Made by a program: the position numbers and the translations under genes. The notes below the pieces were generated by a model. That model was not told the origin of the DNA, did not search any database, and was given only the letters and a program-made list of their open reading frames with translations. Positions 39,483 to 49,706 of a stretch of 64,000 nucleotides of DNA are shown piece by piece. The DNA comes from Polyangiaceae bacterium (GTDB taxonomy: Bacteria > Myxococcota_A > Polyangia > Polyangiales > Polyangiaceae): positions 160,001 through 224,000 of the forward strand of contig CBDCTZ010000005.1 of assembly GCA_965222375.1 (NCBI GenBank), written 5' to 3'. Numbering within the stretch: the stretch's first letter is position 1; every line of letters begins with the position of its first letter.

Positions 39483-40764
39483 GATCCTTCCTGGCCGGCG
39501 GCCGCGCCGCTGCGACCACGGCCCGATCGGGGGTACTGAGGACCGCCAGGACCGCGTTCGGCACGAACCGACCGTCCAGGTACTGCAGCTGCGCCCGGCG
39601 AGCGCCGGAAACCACCACTAGCGCCTCACCAAGTTTCGCCAACGCATCGCGAGCACGCTGAGTCCCGACCCCCGCCTCTGCCCTCATGGCTGCTTCTAGC
39701 TCGCGCCGGACCAAGCCCGGACGCGAGGCCACAACCACCGCAGCAGCCCCAGCGTCTCGCACGACGCGCTCCCGAACCGCCGCGTCACGTGCAACCTGTC
39801 GATCCTCGGGGGGGGGCTCATAGCCGACCTGCGTGAAACTCTGGCTGCGGCGGTCGAGCCGAACGAAGACGTGCGCACCGGTTGCATCGCCGGGACGTGC
39901 GGTCGGACCGTGCTTGTTCTTTGCTAGTTCGATGTCAATCAGGTCGGACTCGCCCGGAACCGATCGAAGCCCCAGCAGCACCCGTGCAGAGAATTCGATG
40001 GAACCACTCCACTTGCCCGCGCCAAGAGTGGAAGCATGCATCGATGCGTCCCGCGAGGCATACGCCGACCGACCGAGCTCCGATGTAGCGATGGCGATCA
40101 TTCGGTGCGCGGTCGCCACTGAGCGAATCGCACGCACCCGCGCGGTCACGGCCTCGGCCATGCTCATCTCGCGACCACCTGATGCGAGTTGTTCTGCCAT
40201 GCATCTCGCGGTCTGCACCGAGTCGACCCCGATCAGAGCGCGACCCCCACTAACCTCGGCCGCGTACAGCGCGAGATCAGCGGCTGCGGACTCAATCGTC
40301 CAACGCGTGTCGTAGAGTCTGATCGGCAGCGACTCCAGCGCCTCGGACATGTCCGTCAGCACTGCCGGATCGCGGACCTCGCAGTGCTGACGAGACCACC
40401 CGGCGCGCTGCGCGATACGCGTTGCTAGGTCCGCCGGTTCTTCGTCCACACCCAGGAGCCCGACGGCGACACCCCGTGCGGCCAACACGTGCGCGAACTG
40501 CACTAGTAGCGCGGTCTTGCCGGCGTCAGGCGCGCCAGCGATGTACCAACGAGTCCCGTACACGGGACCGCCACCGGTCAACGCGTCCAGTCCGGCGATC
40601 CCAGTTGGCTCGTGGGTCAGCGGACCATCAGACCGCCATGACTTGATGACGCTGACCAAGGTAGCGGGAGCCAGCTCTGGCCCGGCAGTGCCCCGTCGCG
40701 GCGGACTCTCTGGCACATAGTCCGGATCAGGGTCTCGCGACGGATCAATGTACGCGACGCTCAC
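39463..40764 (-). CDS. DnaB-like (SF4/RecA-fold) helicase
   Basis: TGIAGLDALTGGG, GAPDAGKT, IGVDSVQ, SEL.R, GSIEFSA and KNKHG motifs. Confidence 0.88.
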   Translation of the reverse strand: MSVAYIDPSRDPDPDYVPESPPRRGTAGPELAPATLVSVIKSWRSDGPLTHEPTGIAGLDALTGGGPVYGTRWYIAGAPDAGKTALLVQFAHVLAARGVAVGLLGVDEEPADLATRIAQRAGWSRQHCEVRDPAVLTDMSEALESLPIRLYDTRWTIESAAADLALYAAEVSGGRALIGVDSVQTARCMAEQLASGGREMSMAEAVTARVRAIRSVATAHRMIAIATSELGRSAYASRDASMHASTLGAGKWSGSIEFSARVLLGLRSVPGESDLIDIELAKNKHGPTARPGDATGAHVFVRLDRRSQSFTQVGYEPPPEDRQVARDAAVRERVVRDAGAAAVVVASRPGLVRRELEAAMRAEAGVGTQRARDALAKLGEALVVVSGARRAQLQYLDGRFVPNAVLAVLSTPDRAVVAAARPPARKDRVTDCD

Positions 40765-41261
40765 TGACTACCGTCCCGGAGTTCCGCTGCCGCAGCTGCC
40801 GCGCCGATCGCGCCGCATCGAAGTCGCGCGCTCACCGACTGACACATACCGATGAGACGTCGACGACTCGCAAGTTCCTTCAGGTGCGCGACCAGTTCGT
40901 CGAGACCGCGACGCGATCGCACAGCCGGGGCGGCGTTAAGTTCGTCAAGCACGCGACGGGCACACCAGGGCCGATCCAGATGCCGACAGAGACTCACCAC
41001 CGCATCTTCGCCTGGCCCCTTCTCGCGCAAGAGCATCATCACCTCACGTGCCAGCGGGTCATGCAGCCAGAAGGGGTCGATTGCGTCGGCGCTCAATGCG
41101 CCAGCCATGACAGCGTCCACGCAGCTCCACTCAGCGACAGTGTCGCTCGGTAGCGGCAACGGCTCGACTGCGTCTCCAATTCGAAGATCCCGCCGCAACC
41201 GTCGGACCTGTTGAGCGAACCCTGCGCATGCGCAGGGGCCAACGCACGGTCGCACTGTCAT
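40761..41261 (-). CDS. DnaB N-terminal-domain-like protein
   Basis: PLP.D..AE...FWLHDP...LKELASRRRLI pattern; coupled to the helicase gene. Confidence 0.55.
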   Translation of the reverse strand: MTVRPCVGPCACAGFAQQVRRLRRDLRIGDAVEPLPLPSDTVAEWSCVDAVMAGALSADAIDPFWLHDPLAREVMMLLREKGPGEDAVVSLCRHLDRPWCARRVLDELNAAPAVRSRRGLDELVAHLKELASRRRLIGMCQSVSARLRCGAIGAAAAAAELRDGSQ

Positions 41262-41572
41262 CGCTCACGCCCTCCAACGACGCGCAGAGGGGGGTCCTGG
41301 TGCCGGCATCGGAGCCAATCGACAACGTCCGACAGCAGGAACCGCGGAGAATCACATACGCGGACCGTCGGCAGCCCCTCACGGCGCAAACGGTCGAGAG
41401 TGCCCAGCGAGACGCCGAGAGCGCGGGCTAGCGCCTGCCTGTCCAGAAGTGCGGGTGCCGTTGGTGCCTGGGCATCATCCGGCGAGGACTCTGCAGCGTC
41501 AGCGAGCGCTTCGAACGCTTCGGCCTGGGCTCGCAAACTTGCAGCCAGAATTCGTAGTGATTTGGCGACCAT
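41258..41572 (-). CDS. Excisionase-like HTH protein
   Basis: LLDRQALARALGVSLGTLDRLRREGLP...RF...V.DWL. Confidence 0.75.
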   Translation of the reverse strand: MVAKSLRILAASLRAQAEAFEALADAAESSPDDAQAPTAPALLDRQALARALGVSLGTLDRLRREGLPTVRVCDSPRFLLSDVVDWLRCRHQDPPLRVVGGRER

Positions 41573-41620
41573 GGGATGCTCTCCGCACTGCGTTCCGGCG
41601 CCTTCGGAACGCCTGTGGGT

Positions 41621-41821
41621 TCAGTCGCGAGGGCCGTTCGTTGCGGAGGGCGGCGGAGGAAAGCCGAGCGCCATTGCGGCCTGGGCTATTCGGTGCCGGC
41701 TGCTTTGCCGAACGCGGTTCGGGTACAGGTACACAGCGCGCACCGTCCGTTCGTCTGCGGCCGCTCGGGCGGCGATCTCACGTCGCTGTTGGGGGTCTAC
41801 CGGAAGGTCGGGAGCATCCAT
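41621..41821 (-). CDS. Small HTH protein (Cro/LacI-like)
   Basis: REIAARAAADERTVRAV...RIAQAAMALG. Confidence 0.55.
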   Translation of the reverse strand: MDAPDLPVDPQQRREIAARAAADERTVRAVYLYPNRVRQSSRHRIAQAAMALGFPPPPSATNGPRD

Positions 41822-41857
41822 GCCCTCATGATGAGGGTCACCAACCCGGTGAGTCAG

Positions 41858-42439
41858 TCATTGTGACGATGATTGACTCACCCGCCGCCCTTCCGAGCGC
41901 AGGTTTCTGGCGGAACGCACCAGCACCGGCGCACTCATGTGACGTCTTGCGCCGACGACAAGATCTGCGGCTGCACGGACAACATCGAGCGAATCTTCAA
42001 GCGCGATTTCGTAGTGCTCGTCTGGCACGACGTCGAATGCAGCATCTAGCGCCAGGCAATTGCGCCGAACCCAACCAGCATCGAGGCCATCGCTCCGTCC
42101 CTGTTCGAGCCAGCCGGCAACATGCAGACACAAGATCACCGGATAGGACGAGGTGTCAGGTTCCGTTACACCCAGCTCGGCCCGAAGCATGATTCGCCCC
42201 GCCTCGCGGTCTTCGTCCGTACCCATGCCATCGAGCAGCTTCATCCCAAGCGACTTCAGTCCGTCAGCCAGGTGAAGACATTGGAGCGCCAGCGCGGCGT
42301 CCGCTTCTGGCACTTCCCGCGTTGCTCGGACGAGCTCGACGAGCGGTACGTCGAAAGCCATCGCTGTCTTCTCCGGGTTTTCGGGCCTGCCTGCTCCCAT
42401 GATGCCGGGATTATGTGTCCAATTCGCCCGCTTCGCCAT
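41858..42439 (-). CDS. Hypothetical protein
   Basis: ORF co-oriented with the replication module. Confidence 0.5.
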   Translation of the reverse strand: MAKRANWTHNPGIMGAGRPENPEKTAMAFDVPLVELVRATREVPEADAALALQCLHLADGLKSLGMKLLDGMGTDEDREAGRIMLRAELGVTEPDTSSYPVILCLHVAGWLEQGRSDGLDAGWVRRNCLALDAAFDVVPDEHYEIALEDSLDVVRAAADLVVGARRHMSAPVLVRSARNLRSEGRRVSQSSSQ

Positions 42440-42587
42440 AGCGGCTCGCCATAGGTGGTCCAACGGCGGCGTCTGGAAGCAGGTCTTCCCGCCGGGACCC
42501 GTGCTGGGAAACCAGTGGTTCGAACGCGAAGGACAAACGCGGCTCGACTCATCCCCGTCTCGGGTGCTGTGGGCTTACAATACCGGG

Positions 42588-43541
42588 ATGTCGCGGACCA
42601 AACCGCCCCCAAAGGCGCTCAACGACGAAGAACTCACGACCCTCATTCTAGCGTCTGGATACCCGCTCGAGCTTCGCCTCTTCCACGCACTTACCGATGC
42701 CGGAATGAGTCCTATCCACGGGCATCGGATAGCGCTTGGCGCCGAAACAAAGGAGATTGACCTGATTACGAGCCTGTGCGTGAGGGAGCGACAGGGAAAC
42801 GATTTGGGGGAAATCGGACTTAGCCTGCTGATTGCCGCGAAGAAACTTCACGCGCCTATGTGCTTTGTCGGCTTCCCTGGAGAACGCCCGGATGATGCCG
42901 ATGAGGGATTACAGCGGGCGACCTTCGCGGGATCGCCTTCCTGGGACGTCAACCGAGACGTGCCCACTTTCGTTTCATCGCCAACCGGCTACGCAGAAGC
43001 ACTTCAGCCACTCTGCTCGCCGCCCCTGTGTGTGCAGTGGGGCGCAGTTTGCAAGCAGAAGGATCGACTCGAGCTGATGCAGTACCACCCCATTTACGAC
43101 GACATGCTCACTCTGGCGCGCGCCGCACTGACCATGGACGCGGACGTGACCAACGCGGCGGTGTCACAGATGGAATCGCACCCTTTTCCACTAAACCGAC
43201 TCCATCTGCCGACGTTGATACTCGATACGCCCACCCTCTACGCATACGACGTCAAGGGAGCTAAGCTTCTCCGAACGGACTCGTTGGTTGTTCGGTTCAA
43301 GTTCGAGGACTCAGGGCGAATGGCCACTCGAAATATCGACGTGATAACAGCCGACTCTCTTCCGGAGTTCCTGACTACACACGAGGACATCCTGGCACGA
43401 CTGCGGGATGTATTTGTGCGCGAGTTCCCTGAGATTGCTCTGCTCGCCCACGCCGAGGCGAAGGCGTGGAAAGTCGCTAGGGACCCAGCGAAAATGTATT
43501 CCAGCTTCATGCAGGCTGCACTTCCGAAAAGGACCATTTGA
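42588..43541 (+). CDS. Hypothetical cargo protein, PD-(D/E)xK-fold-like
   Basis: SGYPLE...KEIDL...IAAKK pattern; less GC-biased codons. Confidence 0.6.
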   Translation: MSRTKPPPKALNDEELTTLILASGYPLELRLFHALTDAGMSPIHGHRIALGAETKEIDLITSLCVRERQGNDLGEIGLSLLIAAKKLHAPMCFVGFPGERPDDADEGLQRATFAGSPSWDVNRDVPTFVSSPTGYAEALQPLCSPPLCVQWGAVCKQKDRLELMQYHPIYDDMLTLARAALTMDADVTNAAVSQMESHPFPLNRLHLPTLILDTPTLYAYDVKGAKLLRTDSLVVRFKFEDSGRMATRNIDVITADSLPEFLTTHEDILARLRDVFVREFPEIALLAHAEAKAWKVARDPAKMYSSFMQAALPKRTI

Positions 43542-43915
43542 CGCGCATCCCGAGTGTTCTCACGCCACGGAACCAATCGCTGGTCGTGGGACCGGCGCGC
43601 AGACCGGGGTCACGGTTCCAGTGGCGCGTCTCTCGTCTGCGCCCTCACCCAGCGTCGCGTTTCGAGCTAGAGGCGGCGCGTTCGAGCCAGCGTTCGAGCT
43701 TCAGTGCCAAGGCCCGCGCACGATGCGGATCGTCGGGCAGGGCCGCCCTGATTTGGCGAACCCACCGTAGGATCAGATCACTGCGCCCGGATGCGAGGGT
43801 CGAAACGGGTTCGGACACAGCGCCCGGACACCAAGGATCATTTCCCCGCCGATCAGGGGTGATCACGCTCGACTGTTGATCACGTTTTGCGCGTATTTCC
43901 GCGGAATCCTGCGCA

Positions 43916-43960
<45 letters not shown>

Positions 43961-44202
43961 CAAAACAAGTCGTTTCGAGTTTCACGAAACGTTGAACGGG
44001 ATCCGGCGGATCCGTTTCGCGTCTTCTGCCCCCCGCGCCGAGCCACGCCCCGTCCCGGCACCACGAGCGACGGTGGCAATGCCTTCTCGGGCGTGGTCTC
44101 CATGTCGGTGGTCTGAAGGTACCTGTTGAGCGCGGCCAAGCTGGCATGCCCCGAGATCCTGCTCGCGCGCTGCGCGTTGACCCCGGCCCGCGCCAGGCCC
44201 TG
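43961..44202 (-). pseudogene. Integrase C-terminal remnant #2
   Basis: GLARAGVNAQRASRISGHASLAALNRYL...PEKALP resembles the intact int segment ALADADVNAQQASALAGHASLAAHSRYL...PERALP. Confidence 0.8.
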
Positions 44203-44490
44203 AGGTAACGGCGCAGCACCCCGAGCACCCCAGCCCGAAGGTAACGGCGAGGCGTAGAACGCCGATGCTCGCAGAATTCCCAGCTGAAGCACCCTAGCCC
44301 GAAGCACCCTAGCCCGAAGGTAGGTACAGAAGCACCCAAGCACCCAGCCCGCAAGCACCCAGCCCGCGCAAGCACCCAGCCCGCAAGCACCCAGCCCGCA
44401 AGCACCCAGCCCGAGGGTAACGGCGAAGCACCCAGCCCGAGAAGCACCCAGCCCGAGGGTAACGGCGAGGCGTAGAACGCCGATGCTCTT
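44203..44490. repeat. REP-like cluster: AAGCACCCAGCCCG(C) tandem units plus a duplicated ~40-bp block
   Basis: About ten GCACCC(T)AGCCCG-type units; GGTAACGGCGAGGCGTAGAACGCCGATGCTC occurs twice. Confidence 0.85.
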
Positions 44491-44637
44491 GTTGGTGGCT
44501 CGACCGTTCGCTGATGCGGCTCGATGCGCCTCGATAGGCACTCAATGCGTCGAGTTAGAGGACGTTTTCGTGGCAAGGCGACACGGCGAGCGCAGCTGTG
44601 CACAGGCTTTGGCGACGGTCGCGGGAACTGAGCTCGA

Positions 44638-45545
44638 CTAGTTGGTTGGTGGCGGCTCGCAGCGGACGAGACCCTGCACGTGTAGCTTGTAGCTACCGTG
44701 GGGGAACAGCACGCTGGGTTCTCCGGCGCAATGTCGCGCATAGGCGGCTCGATACCGCTCGTGAAACCGCTTGTTACGGAGGATGAGCTCGATGCGCCGC
44801 CACTTGTTTCTGCTCGCGACTCGTGGTCGCAATGCGCGGCGGTCAACGCACGTCTTCGGACAGGAAAACGGCGACTGTCGAAGAATCGCTTTGCGTCCCA
44901 CGACTCTGACTCCGAGTTCTTCCCGTTGCTTCGCTGCTTCCCCCTCTTCCGCGGCGACAGCGGCGCGAAGTTGGCTGACCCATTGTTCGTGGGTCAGATG
45001 AGCGAACTCCACCGGGCGCTGGAACGTCAGCTCGACTCGTGCGGGCATGTTTCCCAGCTTGTCGAAGAACCAACCTGGGCGCTTGGCCACCAAGGGCTTG
45101 TTGGCGAGTTGGCATTTGTACGAGCAGAAACCCGGCCAGTTGTGCACGCGGTCAACCAAGTGGTCCTTCACGGCGTTGCAGAGCGAATACACCTGCTTGT
45201 CGAAGATTGCTTTGGCGTCGCCCAGATGTAGCGCTCCGGTTTGCTCGGTGGACCAGAGGTTTTCCCAGCGGCCCAGGTGGCTGTTCAGGCAGCGAGCCAG
45301 CAGGCTGTGGAAGTACCGCAAGAACTCCGGATAGCACCCGTGTTGGTCGCGCACGCCGGCGTGATAGTGATTGCTCATGACCATGAACCACAGCGGCTCC
45401 ATGTCGTACCGCTGACACGCGATCGCAAAGCAGTAGACGAAACTTCGTCGGTGAACTCGCTCGGACGCAGAAAGAACTTCCGCTCCGAACACCGACGCGA
45501 AATCATGTAGGTCCGGCCAGGAAGAACTTGACGGGGAGGAGTCAT
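44638..45545 (-). CDS. REP-associated tyrosine (HUH/Y1) transposase with a 1-nt frameshift at ~45441
   Basis: MTPPRQVLPGRTYMISRRCSERKFFLRP joins FVYCFA...VMSNHYH (HUH) if one T is added. Confidence 0.8.
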
Positions 45546-45622
45546 GCCAGCCAGCACATCGGCCCGGTTCCACGTGCGTTGCGTGAAATCGACCATCTGG
45601 CTCCAAGCCGCGTCGAACCTCA

Positions 45623-45760
45623 GGCACGAGCCCTGTGCCAGGTCACTAGTCCAGAATTACCCCCGGGCAGGGTGCCGCGGGCAGGGTGCCGGGCACGAGC
45701 CCTGTGCCAGGTCACTAGTCCAGAATTACCCCCGGGCAGGGTGCCGCGGGCAGGGTGCCG
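45623..45760. repeat. Two exact 69-bp tandem copies containing CGGGCAGGGTGC units
   Basis: Units start at 45623 and 45692; the unit is inverted relative to the left REP-like motif. Confidence 0.9.
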
Positions 45761-45774
45761 GGGTGCCCGCAACC

Positions 45775-46000
45775 ATTCTCGCGAAATCGCGTGAAAGGGA
45801 ACCTCTGGGTCCCTATCGTGGGCAGGTCGGGGTGGAGCCGAACGAGCCGGCCCCGAGACCACAAGCTTCGGTTGCAACGCTTTCGCAGGAGTCGCCACCG
45901 TTTCCAGGTCAGCGAGGTAGCGGTTGCACGCTTTCAGGCTGGCATGCCCCGCGATGTGGGTTGCTTGCCGAGCACTTACCTCCGCACGCGCTCCGCGAGC
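45775..46000 (-). pseudogene. Integrase C-terminal remnant #3
   Basis: ARAEVSARQATHIAGHASLKACNRYLADLETVATPAKALQP. Confidence 0.7.
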
Positions 46001-46115
46001 TGAGCACTCCGTGCCGGTTCGGGGACGAACGGGAAACTGGTGGAACCGGCACGAACGTTGTGAGGCCAACGTCACGTGGGGTGAATCACTTCAGAGTGTT
46101 GACTACATTGGGGGC

Positions 46116-46583
46116 ATGATAAGCGTGCACTGCATGCCTGCACTGGCGAAGCGCCGCACTGGAAAGGCCCCTGTGGATACGGTTTCCGCGCTGTGGGTGA
46201 TCACTGCGGCCGCGTTGCTTGTTGGTGGGTGTCAGCCAATCCCCGACGCCCATGTCGACGCCCATGTTGGGTCACACGGACCGAAGATTTTCGACGTGGA
46301 GTGCGAGGATCGTGACCACTGCGCAGCTGCGGCCATGTCGCTCTGTGGCGCCAGCTACCGCATACGACAGGAGGAGCACGTCCGTGGTACCGACGTCACG
46401 CTAATCAAAGGTGAGCTAGCGGGTGTTCCAAGGTACCCCTACAAGCGTGCCGAGTGGTGGCTCGGGGGAAGCTTCTTTCGACAATGGATCGAATGCTCCG
46501 CTGCCCGCCATGACCCGAGCACCTCGCCGCGCGGGTGGCCCGTGAGCGCGCCACCCGCGCGCAGCCAACTAGCTCGGCGCTAG
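46116..46583 (+). CDS. Hypothetical lipoprotein
   Basis: LLVGGC lipobox-like motif; start uncertain. Confidence 0.4.
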   Translation: MISVHCMPALAKRRTGKAPVDTVSALWVITAAALLVGGCQPIPDAHVDAHVGSHGPKIFDVECEDRDHCAAAAMSLCGASYRIRQEEHVRGTDVTLIKGELAGVPRYPYKRAEWWLGGSFFRQWIECSAARHDPSTSPRGWPVSAPPARSQLARR

Positions 46584-46842
46584 TCTGACTGACTCCATGA
46601 CGCCTCATCACAGGGGTCGTGCGACAACTTTGTGTGTGGGTGGGGTTGCTCATGTGTGGCAAGACTGGCGTCGTCGGGGACAGCAGCGGCCCACCGCTCG
46701 GCGTCGATTCCTGCGGGGCGACGCTCGACGATCGGTGCGTGACCGTGGAGGCGGTAGTAAAGGACGAACTCGGTGCATGCACGCGTCGCTCGAAGTTCTC
46801 CGAGGAACGCACAGCGCTTGCGCTCCTCCGTGACTGAGCGAG

Positions 46843-47358
46843 CTACTCGCAACTCTCATCACCATGCTCGATGTTCAAGAGCTCTTCCGAATATGGGCAG
46901 CGCGTCCCGACTACTACACAGTCCCCCACCAACTCGGAACGGTTCGGGTGGCAGTTCGGCATGTCTTCGCCTATCCAGCCGTTGCGATAGTACTCGGAGA
47001 GGATCGCGCAAATGGTGCGCTGAGAGCATTGAGAGGTCGCTGACCTCCTGGTGGTTCCGTCCGCGAACACGACGTACACCTCGGTCGAACCACCGTCTAG
47101 GACGATAGCCGCTGGCCCTGCGTCGTAGGCTCGTGCAAGAGCCCAAAACCCATGCTTGTCGAGGGTTCGGACGGCGGAGGCTAGCTCATCGCCGCTGCAC
47201 ACTTCGAACCCGGCCTCGCAGTTGTATAGTGAATGCTGGCAGGATACTCCAACACACGATACTTGCTGGCCCGATGCGTTGCGGACGGTTTGGCTGACAC
47301 ATCCTGCGGAAAGAGCGGCGACCATTGCCATGGTCGTGAGGATTCGTGGGAACTCCAT
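46843..47358 (-). CDS. Hypothetical Cys-rich lipoprotein
   Basis: LSAGC lipobox; GAGG RBS. Confidence 0.55.
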   Translation of the reverse strand: MEFPRILTTMAMVAALSAGCVSQTVRNASGQQVSCVGVSCQHSLYNCEAGFEVCSGDELASAVRTLDKHGFWALARAYDAGPAAIVLDGGSTEVYVVFADGTTRRSATSQCSQRTICAILSEYYRNGWIGEDMPNCHPNRSELVGDCVVVGTRCPYSEELLNIEHGDESCE

Positions 47359-47836
47359 GTGCCCTCAGCAATCGATAGTCAGGTTTGGTCCCGCATTCCC
47401 ACGCATCCTGCGCAGGAGTTGCCTTACCACCAGCGATCGCCCTACGACAGCTCGAAAATCGACCTTTCTGAGGATCTGGCGGCGTTCCCAAGCTGCGTCA
47501 GCTCGACGCCGTGCAAAGTGATTTCGCGGAGTTCCGCATGCACGGCGGACTCTAGCAAGCCGGTCGCCTCAGCAAACGCAGCAACTTCAAATAGGAATCC
47601 TCAGTGCCGACAATGATGAGCGAGTTCGTCTGTTCGTCGGCCACGACCTTGCTCAGGCCGCCTTTGCCGGGTAGCTCGAACAGCTCGTAAATGGCCTTGG
47701 CGACGTCGGCGGCCGAGAAAGGGTTCACGGGTTCGACGAATATCCGGCTTCCGGCGCCGCCCACATCGATCTCCTCGACCGTAACCGTTCAGGGGTTGGG
47801 TTGAGGGCCCGGCTCGGGACGTGAGATTCGTGGCGC

Positions 47837-48250
47837 ATGGCGAAGACGACGAGTAACAGCGAGGGATTGTCGGAGCGGATCGAGCAGCTGGTTCGGGAGC
47901 ACATCGCGGAAAGCCGGCGGAGCGCGCAGGAGGCGGTCGAGCGAGGCTTCGCGGTGGCGGAGACGCGGGCTGCCAGGGCGCGGAAGTCATCGACAGGGTC
48001 GAGAGGTCGCACGGGACGTCGCCGTCCACCCGAGGAAGTTACGGCGATTGGGCAGCGGCTCTACGCGGCCATCTGTGCGAGCCCCGGCAAGGGCATGGCG
48101 GCGCTGGCAGAGGAAGTCGGCATTTCGGTGCGCGAGCTGCACCGACCGATGACGCGTTTGAGGAGTGCGGGGCAGATCCGGAGCGTCGGTTCCAAGCATC
48201 TGACGCGGTACTTCCCGATGGCGGTGGACGCCGCGGCCGATACTGAGTGA
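47837..48250 (+). CDS. IS passenger protein, putative wHTH DNA-binding protein
   Basis: PGKGMAALAEEVG...L...GQIRSVG...TRYFP. Confidence 0.7.
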   Translation: MAKTTSNSEGLSERIEQLVREHIAESRRSAQEAVERGFAVAETRAARARKSSTGSRGRTGRRRPPEEVTAIGQRLYAAICASPGKGMAALAEEVGISVRELHRPMTRLRSAGQIRSVGSKHLTRYFPMAVDAAADTE

Positions 48251-48251
48251 C

Positions 48252-49706
48252 TCAAGCTGCTGCGGTCTTGAACAAGGAGGGCCAGTTTGTCCCCTCCATG
48301 CGAGCTTGGCAGGACTCGGCGAGGAAAGTCAGCACGTTCTTGTTCTGCTTGCGCGCCGTGTGCGCGATGGTCATCACGCGCTCAGCGAAGACGTTGCCAC
48401 GCTTGCTCTGGCTTCCGAACGAGCCCTTGCGCCAGAGCACGAAAGCGCGCAGTTCCCTTTCGGCATGGTTGTTTGTCGGCTCCACGTCATCGCGCTCGAT
48501 GAAGGTCCAAAGCGCCTCCTTGTATTTCAGAATGTTGGCGCACGACCCCGACAAGTCCTTGATGTCGAGGAGGACAGCCTTCTCGAACATGGCCTCCATC
48601 TGCTGCCGCAGCGGAGCCATCCACGCCAGAAATCGCTCCCGGGTCATTTTCCCCGCCCGGTAGTCGCGCCAATAATCGAACAAGATGCCGGTGTAGCCGA
48701 GCAAGTCTCGGCCAAGCGCGCCGGCGGGACCATCGCGCTCCGAGAACGACACAAACTTACGTAGCAAATGCGCCCAACAGATCTGCCGGCGCTCCGCCGC
48801 CCAGAAAGTAAGTGCTGTGGCGCGATCACTTACCAAGATCCCATTCAGGTCGCCGAACAACGGCCGGAGTGTGTCTTTGGCGCCATCGGCGAGGATCCGG
48901 AACACCGTCACCGCCGCGGTGGCGATGGTCCAAAGGGACATCGTCGTGCCTGCCTGAAACCAGGTTGTTCCATCGGTGTGTTTCACATCGGCCTGGACCG
49001 CATGGTCCCAGGCTTCATTGACCGCGGGCGCGAGCGCGTCGCTGACGCGCTCTTCGACCGCACTGATCGCGCCGAGTGAAACCGAGACGCCCAGCACATC
49101 GGCAAGTAGCCCTTGCGCCTTGCGCCGGCTGAGATGATACACGCCCGTAAAGAGAGCCACTAACGCCATCAGGCGAGGTCCAAATGAGGACGTTGGGATC
49201 AGAGATTCGTCGTAGCGCGCGCAAGTGACATGGGCGCAGCCTGCGCAGGCTACCGCGTGGCGACGATACTCGGTCGTGTGCGGGCGGATGGGTGGGACCT
49301 CGGTCACCTGGTGACGATGGGCGTGCGGGTCGCGGACTTCCGGCAGCGGTTTCCAGCAATTTTCGCACTCGCGTGGGAAGTGGTCGACGAACTTGTCCAC
49401 CTGATCTTCCGGCACCAAGTTTCGGTGGCTGCCCGGGTGCCCCTTCTGCCCACCTCGCTTGCGCTTCTTCTGCTTGGCCCGCGATCGACGCTCCTTCCGA
49501 TTGCCCGGGGGATCGCTGGACGGTGGCTTGTGCGAATTCGACGAGTTTTGATTCAGCTTCTCCAGCAAGCTAGCAACCTGCTGCTCAAGCTCCGCGATGC
49601 GGGCATCCTGCTCCGCGATGCGCGCATCCTGCTCCGCGATGCGGGCATCTTTGGCTGCAACTTCAGCCTCGAGCTGCCGGGTACGGTCGGCCTGCGGATC
49701 GCTCAC
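48252..49706 (-). CDS. tnpC: IS66 DDE transposase (TnpC)
   Basis: Coiled coil + NSSNSHKPPSSD, zinc finger, HTDGT, VSDR, QICWAHLLR, PTNNHAERELR. Confidence 0.95.
   Translation of the reverse strand: MSDPQADRTRQLEAEVAAKDARIAEQDARIAEQDARIAELEQQVASLLEKLNQNSSNSHKPPSSDPPGNRKERRSRAKQKKRKRGGQKGHPGSHRNLVPEDQVDKFVDHFPRECENCWKPLPEVRDPHAHRHQVTEVPPIRPHTTEYRRHAVACAGCAHVTCARYDESLIPTSSFGPRLMALVALFTGVYHLSRRKAQGLLADVLGVSVSLGAISAVEERVSDALAPAVNEAWDHAVQADVKHTDGTTWFQAGTTMSLWTIATAAVTVFRILADGAKDTLRPLFGDLNGILVSDRATALTFWAAERRQICWAHLLRKFVSFSERDGPAGALGRDLLGYTGILFDYWRDYRAGKMTRERFLAWMAPLRQQMEAMFEKAVLLDIKDLSGSCANILKYKEALWTFIERDDVEPTNNHAERELRAFVLWRKGSFGSQSKRGNVFAERVMTIAHTARKQNKNVLTFLAESCQARMEGTNWPSLFKTAAA

Noticed and set aside
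44203..44490. CRISPR array
   Set aside because: Units are 13-16-nt tandem repeats without regular unique spacers; no cas genes in the window; adjacency to a RAYT explains them better
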